Assembly (NCBI GenBank): GCA_020057295.1
Contig: JAGVGF010000005.1
Coordinates: forward strand, 32,001 to 96,000
Origin: an archaeon
GTDB lineage: Archaea > Nanobdellota > Nanobdellia > Woesearchaeales > UBA9642
Length of the DNA stretch: 64,000 nt
Direction: 5' to 3'
The translations under genes were made by a program, and so were the position numbers. Below, piece after piece: positions 1 to 9,701 of the stretch. Within the stretch, counting starts at the first letter, position 1. Every line of letters starts with the position of its first letter. Under the pieces are notes generated by a model. That model made no database searches. It was not told the origin of the DNA and worked only from the letters and a program-made list of their open reading frames with translations.

Positions 1-323
1 GGAGGAACATCAAATATTGCCCTAAAGTCGCTATTATGTTTTAATATTAATTCTAAGTAAGGTCTAGATTTAGGATGTTTTCGTTCTGTTATTTGTCCGA
101 CTATTTCACAATATCGTGTACGATTATAATTATCTGACAAAGGTTTTTCGTAAGATGTATCAATTATATCTCCGCCGACATCTTTGACAGCATCATCAAT
201 TGAAGAAACAGTACTCGACATAACATTGCCTTGGCTTTTACCTGATTGACTGGATATTCTAAACGACATATACCCTACGCCTAATGCTGGTACGACCGTT
301 TTTAAGAATGTTTTTCTATCCAT
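1..323 (-). CDS. Hypothetical exported protein, truncated by window edge
   Basis: Read manually, not in ORF track: ATG at 323, MDRKTFLKTVVPALGVGYMSFRISSQSG..., open to base 1; Tat-like N-terminus. Confidence 0.65.
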   Translation of the reverse strand, partial: MDRKTFLKTVVPALGVGYMSFRISSQSGKSQGNVMSSTVSSIDDAVKDVGGDIIDTSYEKPLSDNYNRTRYCEIVGQITERKHPKSRPYLELILKHNSDFRAIFDVP

Positions 324-492
324 TGTATTGCCAAACATAATTATATACTCTTCTTATAATCGTACAATAAAAACTTTACTCTTTCGAAATTTTAATTTTT
401 CGTCCATAGAGAGTTACAAAAAAAGAAACTTTTCCGTCTGTATTTTCGAAAGATTAATATATTCTCACTGTGCAATTCAGTGTAGATGTTTT

Positions 493-1455
493 ATGCTTAG
501 AAACAAAAATAAAAAATTAAGTTTAACTGCTCTAGTTCTCACGGCAATTCTTTCTACAACCACGCCAGAAATTCTTGTGTCACAAGAAATTATTGCATCT
601 CGTAGCGATTCAGAGAATGCTTCTGGAAGCAAATTTCCAAAAAAATATCCTAACTTAGTAATACCTGAATTTAATCAATCATATCATATAGTTATTCCGA
701 ATTTCTTTATCGTTAAAGACGCTGTATTTGACAGTGCTGCATCATGGAAAAGTTTTATTACAACAAATAATGAAGAGCTAATACAAGTTATTGATGGAAA
801 AGCAGATATAAAAATACCTTTATTATATGCTCTGAATGTAGAGTTCAAAACAAAACTTGGTTATAGCAAGAAAGCAAAATCTTACATTCCTCTTGAAAGT
901 ATTGTAGCTACCAGAACAGGAAATTCTGATTTAACATCTTATGACAGTTCAGTAGCACGTCGAGAATTTGCTGACTGGCAAAATATAAGAACAATTTCAC
1001 ACATGATATTCAATTACGACAGAGGAACAGTAAGAACACCCACAAATACATATAAAAAAGGAGTGAGAGATACATTAACATACATCGATGAAACAGTACT
1101 TGATATGCAATCAGCATATTTTATACTTGTAGAACATGCATTTAATACTAAATCACCTTCAGATACTACGATTAATATGATATATAATGGGACAATACAT
1201 CATGTACATGTCGATGTAGAAGATTTTTTGTTGGAAAAGAATGGAAGGACTTACAAAGGCAAAAAAATAATCGGACATTTGACAGAAAAGAAAACAATTA
1301 ATGGAAAAGTAATGTATAAACCTTTTTTTGATGGAATAGAAAAACTTACACTTTACGTTGACGAGAAAACAAGATGTCCTATCAAAGTAGAAGCGGAAGT
1401 AACAATTATGTTCAAATTAAAACCTTACGCAGCTATAGAAGAATTAAGAAATTAG
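493..1455 (+). CDS. Secreted hypothetical protein, C-terminus reminiscent of DUF3108-like beta-rich proteins
   Basis: Long ORF; start moved to MLRNKNKKLSLTALVLTAIL (basic + hydrophobic signal); C-terminal LTLYVDEKTRCPIKVEAEV. Confidence 0.55.
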   Translation: MLRNKNKKLSLTALVLTAILSTTTPEILVSQEIIASRSDSENASGSKFPKKYPNLVIPEFNQSYHIVIPNFFIVKDAVFDSAASWKSFITTNNEELIQVIDGKADIKIPLLYALNVEFKTKLGYSKKAKSYIPLESIVATRTGNSDLTSYDSSVARREFADWQNIRTISHMIFNYDRGTVRTPTNTYKKGVRDTLTYIDETVLDMQSAYFILVEHAFNTKSPSDTTINMIYNGTIHHVHVDVEDFLLEKNGRTYKGKKIIGHLTEKKTINGKVMYKPFFDGIEKLTLYVDEKTRCPIKVEAEVTIMFKLKPYAAIEELRN

Positions 1456-1513
1456 TTTAAAATTTCAGAAACAAATTTGATAAAATATAAGAAAAGAAGA
1501 ATTAATAAAAAAA

Positions 1514-1972
1514 TTATTCTTTTTCAGCTACAAAATTTACTTTTATAGTTCCTTTAGCTGTTTGAACCTTTTCAATTGCAGACTTAGTTGCAAAATCTGT
1601 GGTTATATTGTAAACTTTAGTAACAATGCCTGATCCTAACAATTTATTACAGCCTAAGTCTTTCAAGTTTATATGATACACATTACCTTCCTTTCTTGCT
1701 TTTCCTTCTTTAATTAAAAGGTCTAAGTGTGTTTCTATATAGAATAAATTAGTATACTTTATTTTTACAGTATTTTTTGAATCGAAACCATGTCTACCAA
1801 AATATTTTGTATCTTTCCATATCATTGTCTTCTTTTGGTCTGCTTTCTTTCCAGTACCAGCCATTCCGACACCGCCCTGATGGCCTGATCCTCTATGCTT
1901 CTTCTTACTACCGTAACCGTGAGTGTGATGTCCTCTTAATTTGATTGCTTTTTTTCTTTTGTTTAATGACAT
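1514..1972 (-). CDS. rpl15: 50S ribosomal protein uL15
   Basis: RGHHTHGYGSKKKHRGSGHQGGVGMAG; KLLGSG. Confidence 0.96.
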   Translation of the reverse strand: MSLNKRKKAIKLRGHHTHGYGSKKKHRGSGHQGGVGMAGTGKKADQKKTMIWKDTKYFGRHGFDSKNTVKIKYTNLFYIETHLDLLIKEGKARKEGNVYHINLKDLGCNKLLGSGIVTKVYNITTDFATKSAIEKVQTAKGTIKVNFVAEKE

Positions 1973-2021
1973 TTTGTGACCTCAATAAATATTATTTGTT
2001 AATAGCATTCTAAACATTGAA

Positions 2022-2390
2022 TTATATCATCTTTTTTAATAAGATATTTATCTTTTCCTTCCTGTATCCTAATGCGCCTTTATCACTGAATGGATTTTTT
2101 ATGCCTCTTCGCTCAAAGCCGCCTCTTGGAGGATTTAAATGGAAATAGTTAACTGGCTTTCCTGCCTTAATCATACCACGTTTCTCAACTAATAATTTAT
2201 ATGTTTCATCATCAATTTCGCCGTATGTGGTATAATCTTTTATTTTGTCTAACATACCCATTAATGAATCTGTTTTTGGATATACTGAACATGTATGTTT
2301 CTTGTGTAGTTTCAACATTCTCATTGTTGATTCTATTGTACTCTTAACATCGTCTGTTCCCCTTATCCTGATAATTGCAATCTTAGTCAT
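2022..2390 (-). CDS. rpl30: 50S ribosomal protein uL30 (archaeal, short form)
   Basis: IAIIRIRG, FHLNPPRGGF, GALGYR; operon position. Confidence 0.95.
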   Translation of the reverse strand: MTKIAIIRIRGTDDVKSTIESTMRMLKLHKKHTCSVYPKTDSLMGMLDKIKDYTTYGEIDDETYKLLVEKRGMIKAGKPVNYFHLNPPRGGFERRGIKNPFSDKGALGYRKEKINILLKKMI

Positions 2391-2405
2391 TTTTTACCTG
2401 CTATT

Positions 2406-3203
2406 TTACTCTTTTTTTTGTTCAGATTTTTTTGGTCCTGTGATTATGGACAATTGTTTTATATGCTTTTCCTGTATCTTTGTACTGTTTAATTTATTTA
2501 ATGCATCTTCTAATGCCTTAACTACATTAATCATGTTTCTTGATTGTCCTCTAATCTTTGACCATATATCTTGAATTCCTGCTAACTTTAACACTTTAGC
2601 TATTTCTTTTTGTGCTTTTAATCCAGTTCCTTTAGGTGCTGGTTTTAATTCGACAGTTACTGAACCACATTTTCCAATTACTGTAAATGGGATACTGTTT
2701 GGTTCTGTTCTTGCATCTGCCCATGATCCTGAACCTCTAACAACTCTGATTAATGATAATTTTGCTTTTCTAACTGCCTTTTCTCTTGCAGGGACTGTTT
2801 CTTTTGCTTTACCGAAACCAAGTCCTACATATCCGTCCTTGTTACCAACCACAGCATATGTTGAAAACTTAGGTTTATTACCTTCTTTAGTTTTTTTCTG
2901 TGTTTGTCTGAATACTCTTCTGGATCCTCCGCCGAATTTACCTTTGGATTGTCCGATCATTAACAAGTCTGATTCTATATCTGGTAATAACATATCAACT
3001 ATTTCTGGTTCTAATATAGGTTTACCAGTTGCTAAAACATCTTCCATTGAAGTGATTTGTCTAGACTTAACTTTTCTACCAAGATCTGTTTTTGGATGCC
3101 ATTTGTCTAAATTTGCACTCATCTTAACAGTCTCTATTTTATCTTCTTCAATAGGAACTATTAATACCTTCTCTGTTTCTTTTTCAATTGGTTGTGGTGA
3201 CAT
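2406..3203 (-). CDS. rps5: 30S ribosomal protein uS5
   Basis: WHPKTDLGRKV, VVGNKDGYVGLG, GKCGSVTVELKPAPKGTGL; ATG start at 3203. Confidence 0.97.
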   Translation of the reverse strand: MSPQPIEKETEKVLIVPIEEDKIETVKMSANLDKWHPKTDLGRKVKSRQITSMEDVLATGKPILEPEIVDMLLPDIESDLLMIGQSKGKFGGGSRRVFRQTQKKTKEGNKPKFSTYAVVGNKDGYVGLGFGKAKETVPAREKAVRKAKLSLIRVVRGSGSWADARTEPNSIPFTVIGKCGSVTVELKPAPKGTGLKAQKEIAKVLKLAGIQDIWSKIRGQSRNMINVVKALEDALNKLNSTKIQEKHIKQLSIITGPKKSEQKKE

Positions 3204-3246
3204 TTTATTAATCCTCAATTATTTTGATAATCTCTATAAACATAAT

Positions 3247-3777
3247 TTACTTTGATAATTTAGCTTTCAAATCAGCAAATGATTTCTCCATATCTGCTGG
3301 TGAAGTCTTAAACTGTTTACTGATTGCACCGTATGCAACAATATGTTTACCCATTATTCTATCTTCTGATGGGAAAATATCTTCTGATGCTGGAACTTCT
3401 AAACCGTTATCTCTTGCGCCTTTTAATGCAGCATATAATCTTGATGATGCTTTTGGTTGTAGACCAAAATCTGCTATTGCTTTCTTTACGCCCTTCTTCT
3501 TAGCTTTTTGTGCTGCAAGCATTCCTGTTAAATATGCTGCTGGAAGATTTCCTGTAGCATGTTTCCATCCTAATTTTTTTAATTCTGTACTGTTAACAGT
3601 TACGATTACTTTATCTCCTGCATCTGCATAATCTACAACTTGAACAATGATATTCTTGTTAGTTCGTCTTATAACTAATCTAGATATTCCACTAACTAAC
3701 ATCTTTAAACGTTTTTTATAGTCTGTTCGACCTTCAGTTTTTCGTCTGTATGCTGCAACTTTTATAGTATGTCTCAT
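3247..3777 (-). CDS. rpl18: 50S ribosomal protein uL18
   Basis: RRKTEGRTDYKKRL, RLVIRRTN, NLPAAYLTG. Confidence 0.97.
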   Translation of the reverse strand: MRHTIKVAAYRRKTEGRTDYKKRLKMLVSGISRLVIRRTNKNIIVQVVDYADAGDKVIVTVNSTELKKLGWKHATGNLPAAYLTGMLAAQKAKKKGVKKAIADFGLQPKASSRLYAALKGARDNGLEVPASEDIFPSEDRIMGKHIVAYGAISKQFKTSPADMEKSFADLKAKLSK

Positions 3778-3787
3778 TGTTAATCAC

Positions 3788-4312
3788 TTATTTGTTATTT
3801 ATTAATCTCTTTGATTTCTTTTCAGATTTTTCTTCGACATTAACTTTCTTTAATGCTTCTTTGTTTACGAATAATTCTTCGTGCTCTTCTAAGTATAATT
3901 TAATGTGTCTCTTACTTCTGAAATATCCGCCTTTACTCTTTAAGTATAATTCTCTGTATGCTAATCTTGTTATAATTCCTTTTTCTAATAATAATTTTAT
4001 GAATGCTCTTTGAACTCGTACTAGGCGCATCCAAGTTTGTTTAGGCTTAAATCGTGCACCAAACTTACCTTTCTTTGTACCTTCGCCTTTTCTTCGTCCT
4101 TTTCTTTTCTGCATTGCTAACTTTCTAGCATTTACTTTTGAAGTGAAATTTCCTGGCTTCTTACTGATTGCACCGTCACCAATTAATAACTTTAGATCTC
4201 TCTTAGTTATTGCTTGTTTAATATCTTCTAATCTATCATTATCAAATACTACTCTGTCCGGTCCACAATTCAATACTTGTGCTGCCAATCTTTTTTGAAC
4301 TTTTAAATCCAT
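3788..4312 (-). CDS. rpl19e: 50S ribosomal protein eL19
   Basis: QKRLAAQVLNCG, RKGRRKGEG, YRELYLKSKGG. Confidence 0.97.
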   Translation of the reverse strand: MDLKVQKRLAAQVLNCGPDRVVFDNDRLEDIKQAITKRDLKLLIGDGAISKKPGNFTSKVNARKLAMQKRKGRRKGEGTKKGKFGARFKPKQTWMRLVRVQRAFIKLLLEKGIITRLAYRELYLKSKGGYFRSKRHIKLYLEEHEELFVNKEALKKVNVEEKSEKKSKRLINNK

Positions 4313-4364
4313 ATTAATCACTCGTTATATTGATAGTTATTTTATTTAATGTTATATTTTATTT

Positions 4365-4985
4365 TTAATTTTGACCATGTATGATTACATCATCTTTTAC
4401 TTTCTTCTCTTCGGCCTTTTGCTCATCTATCTCTTCAGGAGTTTCTACAGACTTATCCTTTTTCTCTTTGTCTTTCTCCTTCTTTTCTGCCTTCTTTAAT
4501 GAGTCTTCTATTGTCTTTTTCTTCTTTTCTGTCTTTTGTTCTTTATCCTTCTTTTTATCTTCTGCTACCTTAGCAACCTTTGCCTTGAACTTATCGACTT
4601 TGATATTTAATACTTGTAATTTTAATGTTTCAGCTTTATTGACTATTTCTAATCTTTTCTTATTGCCTACTGTTGCTGCAATCATTACACCTTGACTTGC
4701 TGGTTTGATTGTTTCTAATTCTTTAACGTTATGAATCATTACAACTTCTAATCCTTTTTGGTGTAAACCTCGAACTTCTACTGGACTTCTCCATCCTTGT
4801 TTTACTCTTCGAGCGTAACCTTTGAATTGGTGTCGCATCTTACTCTGTAAACCAGTTGGTCTTCTCCAATGATCTCCGATTCTCTTCTTCTTGTGGAAGT
4901 CTTGCTGCTTAAACTCTGGTTTCTTATCTTTTATTGTCTTTCGGACTTCGAGTAGTTTCTTTTTGTCGCTTTTCTTTTCGGTCAT
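4365..4985 (-). CDS. rpl32e: 50S ribosomal protein eL32 with Lys/Glu-rich C-terminal tail
   Basis: KPEFKQQD, WRRPTGLQSKMR, VRGLH. Confidence 0.95.
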   Translation of the reverse strand: MTEKKSDKKKLLEVRKTIKDKKPEFKQQDFHKKKRIGDHWRRPTGLQSKMRHQFKGYARRVKQGWRSPVEVRGLHQKGLEVVMIHNVKELETIKPASQGVMIAATVGNKKRLEIVNKAETLKLQVLNIKVDKFKAKVAKVAEDKKKDKEQKTEKKKKTIEDSLKKAEKKEKDKEKKDKSVETPEEIDEQKAEEKKVKDDVIIHGQN

Positions 4986-5005
4986 TTTACACCTTGAATA
5001 TAATC

Positions 5006-5554
5006 TTATTTCATATCTACGCCATCTTTGTTAGTGATATATATTCCATCTTGAAATATTCTTCTATCAAAGTTTGGTCTTCTTGTTATTTGTTCTATTG
5101 CAGCTGCTGTTTGTGCTGCTAATTCTTTATTAGGACTTGTAACTGTGATATCTGGTTCTTTTACAACAACATCAACGCCAGGTTTTATCTTTAATGTTCT
5201 TGGAACTGTTTCTCCCATATAATTTTTTACTTCTAACACACTATTTTTATATGTTATTTTCATTGGGAAGTGTCCTGAACATATTTTTAATTTGTATACA
5301 CAAGTATTTAGTACTCCTTTGAACATATTCTTTAAGTGTGCTTCTGTACTGAATATCGCTGCTTTTTCTCTTTTGGAAGGTTTTAGTGCAACAAATACTA
5401 TGTTGTTTCCTTCCTTAGTTATTTGAATTTTTGGAAATATGAAACTTCTCTTTACTTCTCCTTTAGGACCTTTAACAGTAAATAAGCCTGCATGTATATC
5501 TACAGCGACCTTTTCAGGAATTTCTATTTCATATTTCATTTGATCTGCTTTCAT
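5006..5554 (-). CDS. rpl6: 50S ribosomal protein uL6
   Basis: VKGPKGEV, HFPM, DRRIFQDGIYI. Confidence 0.97.
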   Translation of the reverse strand: MKADQMKYEIEIPEKVAVDIHAGLFTVKGPKGEVKRSFIFPKIQITKEGNNIVFVALKPSKREKAAIFSTEAHLKNMFKGVLNTCVYKLKICSGHFPMKITYKNSVLEVKNYMGETVPRTLKIKPGVDVVVKEPDITVTSPNKELAAQTAAAIEQITRRPNFDRRIFQDGIYITNKDGVDMK

Positions 5555-5590
5555 TGTATCACTTTGTTAATTAATAATCATAATTTAATT

Positions 5591-5980
5591 TTAGTAACAG
5601 TAACAAACTAATCTTCCGCCTAAGTTCTTTTCCTTAGCCTGAATGTGTGTCATTAATCCTTGCGATGTTGATATAATCATTATACCGAAATCTTTTGCTG
5701 GTAAGTATCTCTTCTCGAATTTTTCGTAATCATCCTTTTTAACATTGAATCTTGGCTTGATTACTCCGACCTTGTTGATTGCACCGATTAATTGTATTGA
5801 TAATAATTTTCCTTTGCCATCTTCAATCTCTTTATATTCTCCTAGATACATTTGTTCATTAAGTATTGTTAATACTTGTCTGATGAATTTTGAATTGTTA
5901 CCTACTACAATCTCTTTTCTTCCTAACTTTTCATGATTGTTTACGTAAGACAATACGTTTGCTAATGGGTCATTTAACAT
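5591..5980 (-). CDS. rps8: 30S ribosomal protein uS8
   Basis: MLNDPLAN, INKVGVIKPRF, YLPAKDFG, STSQGLM. Confidence 0.97.
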   Translation of the reverse strand: MLNDPLANVLSYVNNHEKLGRKEIVVGNNSKFIRQVLTILNEQMYLGEYKEIEDGKGKLLSIQLIGAINKVGVIKPRFNVKKDDYEKFEKRYLPAKDFGIMIISTSQGLMTHIQAKEKNLGGRLVCYCY

Positions 5981-5993
5981 TTTATACACCTAA

Positions 5994-6224
5994 TTAATTA
6001 TATTTTTTGAATCCTATTTTTGTAGCTATATCTCTAAAGCAGTGTCTGCATAAATTTATGCCGTACTTGCTGATATGTGCTCCTGTTCTGCCGCATCTCT
6101 TACACTTCTTGTTCAATGCACCACCAGTTCTAATCTTTGGTACACTGTACTTTGTATGTTTTGCAAGCTTTCCAGGTTTTGATTGTAATTGTTTTAATAC
6201 TTTAGTATGATCTGTAGTAGTCAT
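5994..6224 (-). CDS. rps14: 30S ribosomal protein uS14 (Zn-binding, N-terminal extension)
   Basis: CKRCG...[10 protein letters not shown]...GFKKY. Confidence 0.96.
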   Translation of the reverse strand: MTTTDHTKVLKQLQSKPGKLAKHTKYSVPKIRTGGALNKKCKRCGRTGAHISKYGINLCRHCFRDIATKIGFKKYN

Positions 6225-6225
6225 T

Positions 6226-6759
6226 TTATTCCTCGTCCTCGACAGCGAATATTGCTCCGAATTTTTCTTTCATATAATTCATTGCGTCTTGCTGTGATAT
6301 CCTGTGATTTATTGGGATAACTCTTTTCAATACTTTTCTTATCTTGATTCTGTAACCTGCTCTTTCTAGAGTTATTGAGCATTGTAGACCCATTGATCCT
6401 ATATCTGGATCGTATCTTGCATCTTTAATGTCAATATATTCTTTTATTCCGAATGAAACATTTCCATTAGCATCAAAATTGTTTGGTGCTAATTTGTTGT
6501 CTTTAGAGTATAATAATTTAGGTATTAATGCTAATGCCTTATCTTTTCTTAATGTAACCTTAACACCAATTGGTAATCCTGGTCTTAATCCCCATGCTGC
6601 GATTCTTTTCTGAGTTATAGTTCTTATTGGCGATACGCCGGTTATAGTTCCTAATAACTTTTGAGCTTTCTCTAAAGCAACTTGGTCTTTTCCAGTACCA
6701 ATATTTAGAGTTAACTTCTGTACTCGAATTTCTCGCATCGGATTTGTTTCTTTTGTCAT
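6226..6759 (-). CDS. rpl5: 50S ribosomal protein uL5
   Basis: [37 protein letters not shown]. Confidence 0.97.
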   Translation of the reverse strand: MTKETNPMREIRVQKLTLNIGTGKDQVALEKAQKLLGTITGVSPIRTITQKRIAAWGLRPGLPIGVKVTLRKDKALALIPKLLYSKDNKLAPNNFDANGNVSFGIKEYIDIKDARYDPDIGSMGLQCSITLERAGYRIKIRKVLKRVIPINHRISQQDAMNYMKEKFGAIFAVEDEE

Positions 6760-6786
6760 TTTAATCATTGAATATAATTATATTTT

Positions 6787-7476
6787 TTATAAGTTCATTT
6801 TTAATAAAGGATTTTCCTTACCGATTACTAGTGCATATTCTTTACTAGTCTCGAATTTTTCGTCCTTTGCTTTAACAATCATCGAGTCTTTCTTGATTTC
6901 TTCTATCTTTCCGACTTTTCCTATGTGTTTACCTTGATACAATACTACTATTGCACCTTTTTCGAATGCTAAATGTTCTTTAACAATCTGATCAGGAAGA
7001 GTTAATAATAATGAATCCTTGACTTTGTAGTGATGTTTATCGAATAAAACGTTTCTTCCATCAAGTAAATTTAGTTGTACTTTTCCTTTAACAAATGTCT
7101 TACCAACTATTTTTACAAGTTTTAACAATGATTCCTCTTTAGTTATTGTTGCTAATTTTAATATTCCATCAGTATCAATTATTAATCTGTAATATGTTCC
7201 TAATTTTGGGAATGATACTACATCAGTGAAACATACTGGATATTTGTACGAGTCAACTTTTTTGCCGTTAACAAGTATCTCTTCACTTAATACTAAATGT
7301 TTAACTTCTTTGATTGTGCTTGCTAATTTTAATTCATATTTTAATATGTTCGATAATGGTAGTGTTAAATTCTTTGACATACCACCAGGATTGCTTCTCG
7401 TAATGAAAGTTATTCCTCTACGTTGAATCTTCCAAGTTTTTGGTGCGTTTAATCGAAATAAATGTCTTTTAACCAT
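6787..7476 (-). CDS. rps4e: 30S ribosomal protein eS4
   Basis: HLFRLNAPKTW, QLNLLDGRN, GKHIGKVGKI. Confidence 0.96.
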   Translation of the reverse strand: MVKRHLFRLNAPKTWKIQRRGITFITRSNPGGMSKNLTLPLSNILKYELKLASTIKEVKHLVLSEEILVNGKKVDSYKYPVCFTDVVSFPKLGTYYRLIIDTDGILKLATITKEESLLKLVKIVGKTFVKGKVQLNLLDGRNVLFDKHHYKVKDSLLLTLPDQIVKEHLAFEKGAIVVLYQGKHIGKVGKIEEIKKDSMIVKAKDEKFETSKEYALVIGKENPLLKMNL

Positions 7477-7487
7477 TTTAATACTCC

Positions 7488-7982
7488 TTATTTAGTGACC
7501 TTTTTAGCAGGTTTCTTTTCAACAGTGTCTTTTGATTCTGTCTTAACCTTTGCTACTTTTGGTGCAACAGGTTTTGATTCTGATTTTACTTTAACAACTT
7601 TTTCAGTAGTTGTTTTCTTTTCAGGCATTCTCTTCTTATCATCAAGATTTAATTCAACAAGTAAAAGATTTGATGGATCAATAGGATATCTTGCTTTTGA
7701 ACCGTCTCTTTTAACATGCTCTATCTTTGAAATGTAAACTTTTAAGTGCTTCATATTTACTTCTTCAATTTTTCCTTCTTGTCTCTTGAATTGTCCACGC
7801 ATTATCCTGACCTTATCTCCTGTTCTTACTCTTAATGCTCTTATACCATATTTTGTTCGTAATTCTTTTGATAAATGTACATTCATGAAATTTCCTCTTA
7901 AATGTAGAGGAGCATTGAATCTAAATTTCCTTTGCTTGTTTGGTTTCTTGCTTGATACCCAATTTGGTGAAAATGTTTTCAT
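7488..7982 (-). CDS. rpl24: 50S ribosomal protein uL24
   Basis: SKKPNKQRK, APLH, VRTGDKVRIMRG (KOW), PIDPSN. Confidence 0.97.
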   Translation of the reverse strand: MKTFSPNWVSSKKPNKQRKFRFNAPLHLRGNFMNVHLSKELRTKYGIRALRVRTGDKVRIMRGQFKRQEGKIEEVNMKHLKVYISKIEHVKRDGSKARYPIDPSNLLLVELNLDDKKRMPEKKTTTEKVVKVKSESKPVAPKVAKVKTESKDTVEKKPAKKVTK

Positions 7983-8021
7983 GTTATACCTTGTGTTTTA
8001 CTTTTATTTTTTGAATGTTAT

Positions 8022-8423
8022 TTATACAATCATACTCGCAATCTTTGCAACTGCTGGCCATCTGTCAGCAACTTCTTTTGCAATTGGTCCTTTGAATATT
8101 GTTCCTTTAGGATTTCCTTTTTCATCTTTTAATACAACAACTGCGTTGTCTTCGAATTTGATTCTCATGCCATTGCTTCTTCTGTATTCTTTCTTTTGTC
8201 TTACAACAATAGCGTATACGACTTGTTTTCTCATCTCAGGTTTACCACGCTTTACAGCAGCCATTACTAAATCTCCCACGCCTGCTCCTGGCTTTTGACC
8301 CTTGACAGTTTTATGACCAAATACAGCAAATATTCTTACAATCTTTGCACCACTATTATCACAACTATTTACTTCTGAACCTACTGGTAAAGATTTTACA
8401 ATGTTTGCTTTTAATCCTTTCAT
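8022..8423 (-). CDS. rpl14: 50S ribosomal protein uL14
   Basis: CDNSGAK, FEDNAVV, KGPIAKEVA. Confidence 0.98.
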   Translation of the reverse strand: MKGLKANIVKSLPVGSEVNSCDNSGAKIVRIFAVFGHKTVKGQKPGAGVGDLVMAAVKRGKPEMRKQVVYAIVVRQKKEYRRSNGMRIKFEDNAVVVLKDEKGNPKGTIFKGPIAKEVADRWPAVAKIASMIV

Positions 8424-8439
8424 TTTTAATCACTCAATT

Positions 8440-8793
8440 TTAATTAGTATATTTTTTTACTATTTCAATAACTACGAAATTTTTAGTCTTTGATAAAGGT
8501 CTTGTTTCTGCAATTCTTACAGTGTCTCCTTCTTTTGCATCAATACTTTCTGGATTGTGAGCTTTGACTCGTGTTCTTCTCATTTCGAATCTTTCGTATT
8601 TCTTAACGAATTTTCTACGAGGCCACTCTACTGTAACAGTTTTCTGCATTTTTGCACTCTTAACTACGCCAGTGAATATTCTACCACGTACTTTGACCAT
8701 TCCATGGAATGGATCCTTAGGATCTACACTCTTAGGTGTCTTTTCAGGCTTCTTTGTTTCGATGCCTATATTTTTTATTTCAGTTTTTGCCAT
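8440..8793 (-). CDS. rps17: 30S ribosomal protein uS17
   Basis: PFHG..VRGRIFTG, KYERFE, ETRPLSKTK. Confidence 0.97.
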   Translation of the reverse strand: MAKTEIKNIGIETKKPEKTPKSVDPKDPFHGMVKVRGRIFTGVVKSAKMQKTVTVEWPRRKFVKKYERFEMRRTRVKAHNPESIDAKEGDTVRIAETRPLSKTKNFVVIEIVKKYTN

Positions 8794-8802
8794 TTTTGAC
8801 CT

Positions 8803-9066
8803 TTAATCTTTTAATTTTGATTTTATTCTATCTTCAGGTTTCTTCGCAATCTTGTTTCCATCGACTAAGAGGTTTCCGATTTTGAATACGTTGCCTTTTT
8901 TGAATATTATTTTGAATTCTTTGAAATTTTTCTTGTTCACTAAAATTTTTAGCGAATCACGAGTTTCATCAACAATTTTTCCAGTTAAACCTTCAAGTTG
9001 CCGACTATTGGAACGTACTATTTCAACTTGTTCGCCGATGAATTCATCTCGTATAGTCTTTATCAT
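8803..9066 (-). CDS. rnp1: Ribonuclease P protein subunit Rpp29/POP4
   Basis: EFIG..VEIV, GKIVDETR, VDG..I...PEDRIK; usual position between SUI1 and uS17. Confidence 0.9.
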   Translation of the reverse strand: MIKTIRDEFIGEQVEIVRSNSRQLEGLTGKIVDETRDSLKILVNKKNFKEFKIIFKKGNVFKIGNLLVDGNKIAKKPEDRIKSKLKD

Positions 9067-9092
9067 ATTGTTTTTTTGCCAAACAGTTTTTT

Positions 9093-9407
9093 TTACTTAT
9101 TTTTTAATTCAATAGTTTCAGGTGCAAAGCCAATTTCTATAAGTGCTTCTTGAACTTTCGTTATATGATTTCCCTGCAGTTCAACATATCCGTCTTTTGC
9201 AGTTCCGCCACATGCGAATTTATTCTTTAACTTCTTTGCTACATCTTTGATATCGATTTCGTTAGTATCGATACCCTCGATCATTGTGTACTGTTTTCCG
9301 AATTTCTTCTTCACTAACTTGACAACAATCTTTTGGCTCTCCCTAGCTATTTGCTCACAAACACATAACTCTTTTGGCAAACCACAAACGTTGCATATAT
9401 TAGTCAT
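9093..9407 (-). CDS. sui1: Translation initiation factor aIF1 (SUI1)
   Basis: CNVCGLPKELCVC, LKNKFACGGT, ELQGNH. Confidence 0.97.
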   Translation of the reverse strand: MTNICNVCGLPKELCVCEQIARESQKIVVKLVKKKFGKQYTMIEGIDTNEIDIKDVAKKLKNKFACGGTAKDGYVELQGNHITKVQEALIEIGFAPETIELKNK

Positions 9408-9458
9408 TTTTGTTTTTTATTTTTTTGAATATTATTTTTATTATTTATCTACAAGAGT

Positions 9459-9692
9459 TTACAAGCTCTTATAATTCTTTGTACGTAATTCCTTGACCTT
9501 CTTTTCAAAATTTTGTTGCTTTAATGTTTCTACTTTTGCTACTGTTCTCTTAATATCACGTATCTGTTTAGTATTCTTTGGTGTTGTTCCTACAGCGATT
9601 TGAGCGTTTAGTTTCATTAATTCTGTTCTTAATTCAACTATCTTTTTCTCAAGTTCTTCTTTAGGCATCTTTTTTATATCGTTGAATTTCAT
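9459..9692 (-). CDS. rpl29: 50S ribosomal protein uL29
   Basis: ELRTELMK, IRDIKRTVAKVET; operon position. Confidence 0.93.
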   Translation of the reverse strand: MKFNDIKKMPKEELEKKIVELRTELMKLNAQIAVGTTPKNTKQIRDIKRTVAKVETLKQQNFEKKVKELRTKNYKSL

Positions 9693-9701
9693 TAGTATCA
9701 C

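Noticed and set aside
8803-9407. RNase P subunit and SUI1 inside the r-protein operon
   Set aside because: Common archaeal gene order, not novel
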